This document shows, in pieces, positions 62,322 to 64,000 of a stretch of DNA of 64,000 bases. The notes below the pieces were generated by a model that saw only the letters and a list, made by a program, of their open reading frames with translations, ran no database searches and had not been told where the DNA came from. Each line of letters starts with the position of its first letter. Position 1 is the stretch's first letter. The translations under genes and the position numbers were made by a program. Source of the stretch: an uncultured Alphaproteobacteria bacterium (GTDB lineage: Bacteria; Pseudomonadota; Alphaproteobacteria; Sphingomonadales; Sphingomonadaceae). The DNA is taken from positions 119,072-183,071 of the forward strand of contig CAWIQR010000012.1 in assembly GCA_963838365.1 (NCBI GenBank), given 5' to 3'.

Positions 62322-63416
62322 TTACGGTGTCGGCGTGCCCGACACGACGGCCGGGATTGTGACTTCAAAGCTGAGACCGGACGAACTGCCGCCCGATACC
62401 GTGCTGAGAGTGCCGGTGACACGGTTGTTGCCGCTGTCAAAGCTGCCCTCGGTGGCATTGGTCGGAGCCGCACCACCAGTGCAGGTTGCATCGGTCCCGC
62501 TGATTGCGACCGCCGTGTTGCGCAGGATCGTGCCGGTGTTGAAGGTCACGTCGCTGGGCAGATCATCGACCACGCTGATGTTGGTCGCGTCCGCACCACC
62601 CGAAGCGTTAGACACCGCGATGCAGTAACGGATCACCGCGCCCGGAATTGCTTTCGGGTTGCTGGTGCCGTTGACCGGATCGCTGACGATGAGGCTGGAT
62701 TTGAGCACGCTCACTTCCGCGCCATCGACGTTGAGCGTACCCGATGCCGAGAACGCACCGTCATTGGCAGCATCGCCGGCAAGCCCGCTCGAACCATCTG
62801 CCAGAGCGGTATCGACGACCGACTGATCGGCAGAATCGCCTGCGCTTTCAGTCAGTTCTGCACCAAGTCCAGCTGCACCCGCTGCATGGGCGTTGGCATT
62901 CAGGATGACATCGAAGCTGTCACCGTTGATCGCTGCCAGTTCGACGTTAGCCACTACAAAGACGCGGCGAGTTTCATCCGCAGCAACTTCGTCGAGGAAG
63001 GTTACAACCTGTTCGGTGCCGTCAAACGTGCCGTTGCCGTTCGCTTCATCGACATATATCGTGAAGCCGGAGATGTTGCCAGCGGTGCCAGCCGCCAGGG
63101 TGGCGGTGAGGTCAAGATCGACCGTGTCGTTGGACAGGTTGGTTACATCGAAGCTGAGGAAGGCGTCCTGTTCACCCGGATTTACATCCTTGGGCGAGTC
63201 CACTGCCGAAACCGTCACGTTGACGCGGCGGTCAACGGCGAAGGTATCGGTGGCGATTATCGGGGCCTGCACATCGCCGCCGACCGAGTAGGTCACTTCG
63301 ACGGTGTTGGTGATGTCCGTGCCAGCGCGGATTCCTTCCGCCATGGCCGGGGCGCTGGACATGACAACAAGCGCAGCCGCGCTTACCGCCCCCAGCAATT
63401 GGGTCGTTCGTTTCAT
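62322..63416 (-). CDS. Exported DUF11 domain protein, candidate major fibre subunit
   Basis: RBS AAGGA, signal peptide (APAMA), N-terminal GTDITNTVEVTY, VDEANGNGTFD Ca-binding-like loop, C-terminal VLKS...PGAVIRYCIAVSN...VVDDLP. Confidence 0.8.
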   Translation of the reverse strand: MKRTTQLLGAVSAAALVVMSSAPAMAEGIRAGTDITNTVEVTYSVGGDVQAPIIATDTFAVDRRVNVTVSAVDSPKDVNPGEQDAFLSFDVTNLSNDTVDLDLTATLAAGTAGNISGFTIYVDEANGNGTFDGTEQVVTFLDEVAADETRRVFVVANVELAAINGDSFDVILNANAHAAGAAGLGAELTESAGDSADQSVVDTALADGSSGLAGDAANDGAFSASGTLNVDGAEVSVLKSSLIVSDPVNGTSNPKAIPGAVIRYCIAVSNASGGADATNISVVDDLPSDVTFNTGTILRNTAVAISGTDATCTGGAAPTNATEGSFDSGNNRVTGTLSTVSGGSSSGLSFEVTIPAVVSGTPTP

Positions 63417-63486
63417 TTCTCTGGTCCTTTGCGTGTGCCGCGCGTCAATCATTCCGCCCGCACGGCTTGGCGGTCATCTCCGCAAG

Positions 63487-63999
63487 TCAGCGAATGATCA
63501 CGGGAAAGCCGATCCGGCCGCTTTCGCCCGGCGCGATGGATGCAATCGTCCAGCGGACATGCGTCACATCGGCGTGCGTGGCCGCGCGGGTGGCGCCTGA
63601 TTCTGTGGCTACGACAAGGGTGTCCAGCGTGCCGAAACTCTCGGCGCCATCGACGGAGACGATCAGCGCAGGATCGGCATCGGGCGCTAGGCGCACCGAT
63701 TTGTTCAGCGGGCTGGTACCGGTTACATTGGTCGCGGCCTCGGCCCCTTCGTTGGCGTAGATCATGCCGAAACTCAGTTTGGTGCCGGGCGTGTATTCGG
63801 TGGCTGTCGCCAACTCGCTCGTTTCTTTGCCGGTTGCATCGGTGGTTGTGACAAGAGCCTTCACATCGCTTTTCAGGCTGACTTTGGGCGCAGCGTCTCC
63901 ACTAGCCGATGCCAGCGGCGTCTCGTCCTGAGCTGAGGCAGGAGCAGCAAGCAGGGCCATCACGATTAACGCAGCGGCAATGTTTTTCCATTTGTTCAA
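63487..63999 (-). CDS. Exported single DUF11-like domain protein
   Basis: Signal peptide (ASAQ); PGTKLSFGMIYANEGAEAATNV...VSVDG...VTHVRWT...PGESGRIGF. TTG at the window edge, so the true start may lie outside. Confidence 0.7.
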   Translation of the reverse strand: MNKWKNIAAALIVMALLAAPASAQDETPLASASGDAAPKVSLKSDVKALVTTTDATGKETSELATATEYTPGTKLSFGMIYANEGAEAATNVTGTSPLNKSVRLAPDADPALIVSVDGAESFGTLDTLVVATESGATRAATHADVTHVRWTIASIAPGESGRIGFPVIIR

Positions 64000-64000
64000 G

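Noticed and set aside
57944-63497. Long plus-strand ORFs 57944..59110, 60188..61648 and 62001..63497
   Set aside because: They are antisense shadows of well-supported minus-strand genes in high-GC DNA, with no motifs or RBS support.

Overview
A 64-kb stretch of a high-GC alphaproteobacterial chromosome. Gene content and order point to Sphingomonadales, probably Erythrobacteraceae (inference, no database search). It is mostly core genes: folE, tRNA-Arg, accA-xerD, aroK-aroB, a propionyl-CoA/methylmalonyl-CoA operon with bioB, gor, a DEAD-box helicase, pgi, lepB-rnc-era, topA, dprA-plsY, murI, hemA, polyamine genes, btaAB and trxB. At least eight genes carry single-base indels, mostly in short homopolymers; I read these as sequencing error. 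Four signals stand out. (1) A four-gene DUF11 operon at 55.5-64 kb looks like an undescribed surface fibre: N-terminal 'TNT' donor strands, C-terminally truncated acceptor domains, and Lys/Asp/Asn residues placed for intermolecular isopeptide bonds, with an adhesin tip and an outer-membrane barrel anchor. (2) A GxxExxY nuclease-like gene is enclosed by 37-bp inverted repeats inside the carboxyspermidine operon. (3) Palindromic REP-like elements have entered coding sequence: in frame in methylmalonyl-CoA mutase, and supplying the BioB N-terminus. (4) The ornithine decarboxylase leader has alternative pairings, and a lone SIR2-like gene sits behind a perfect hairpin. All protein assignments come from motif recognition by eye.
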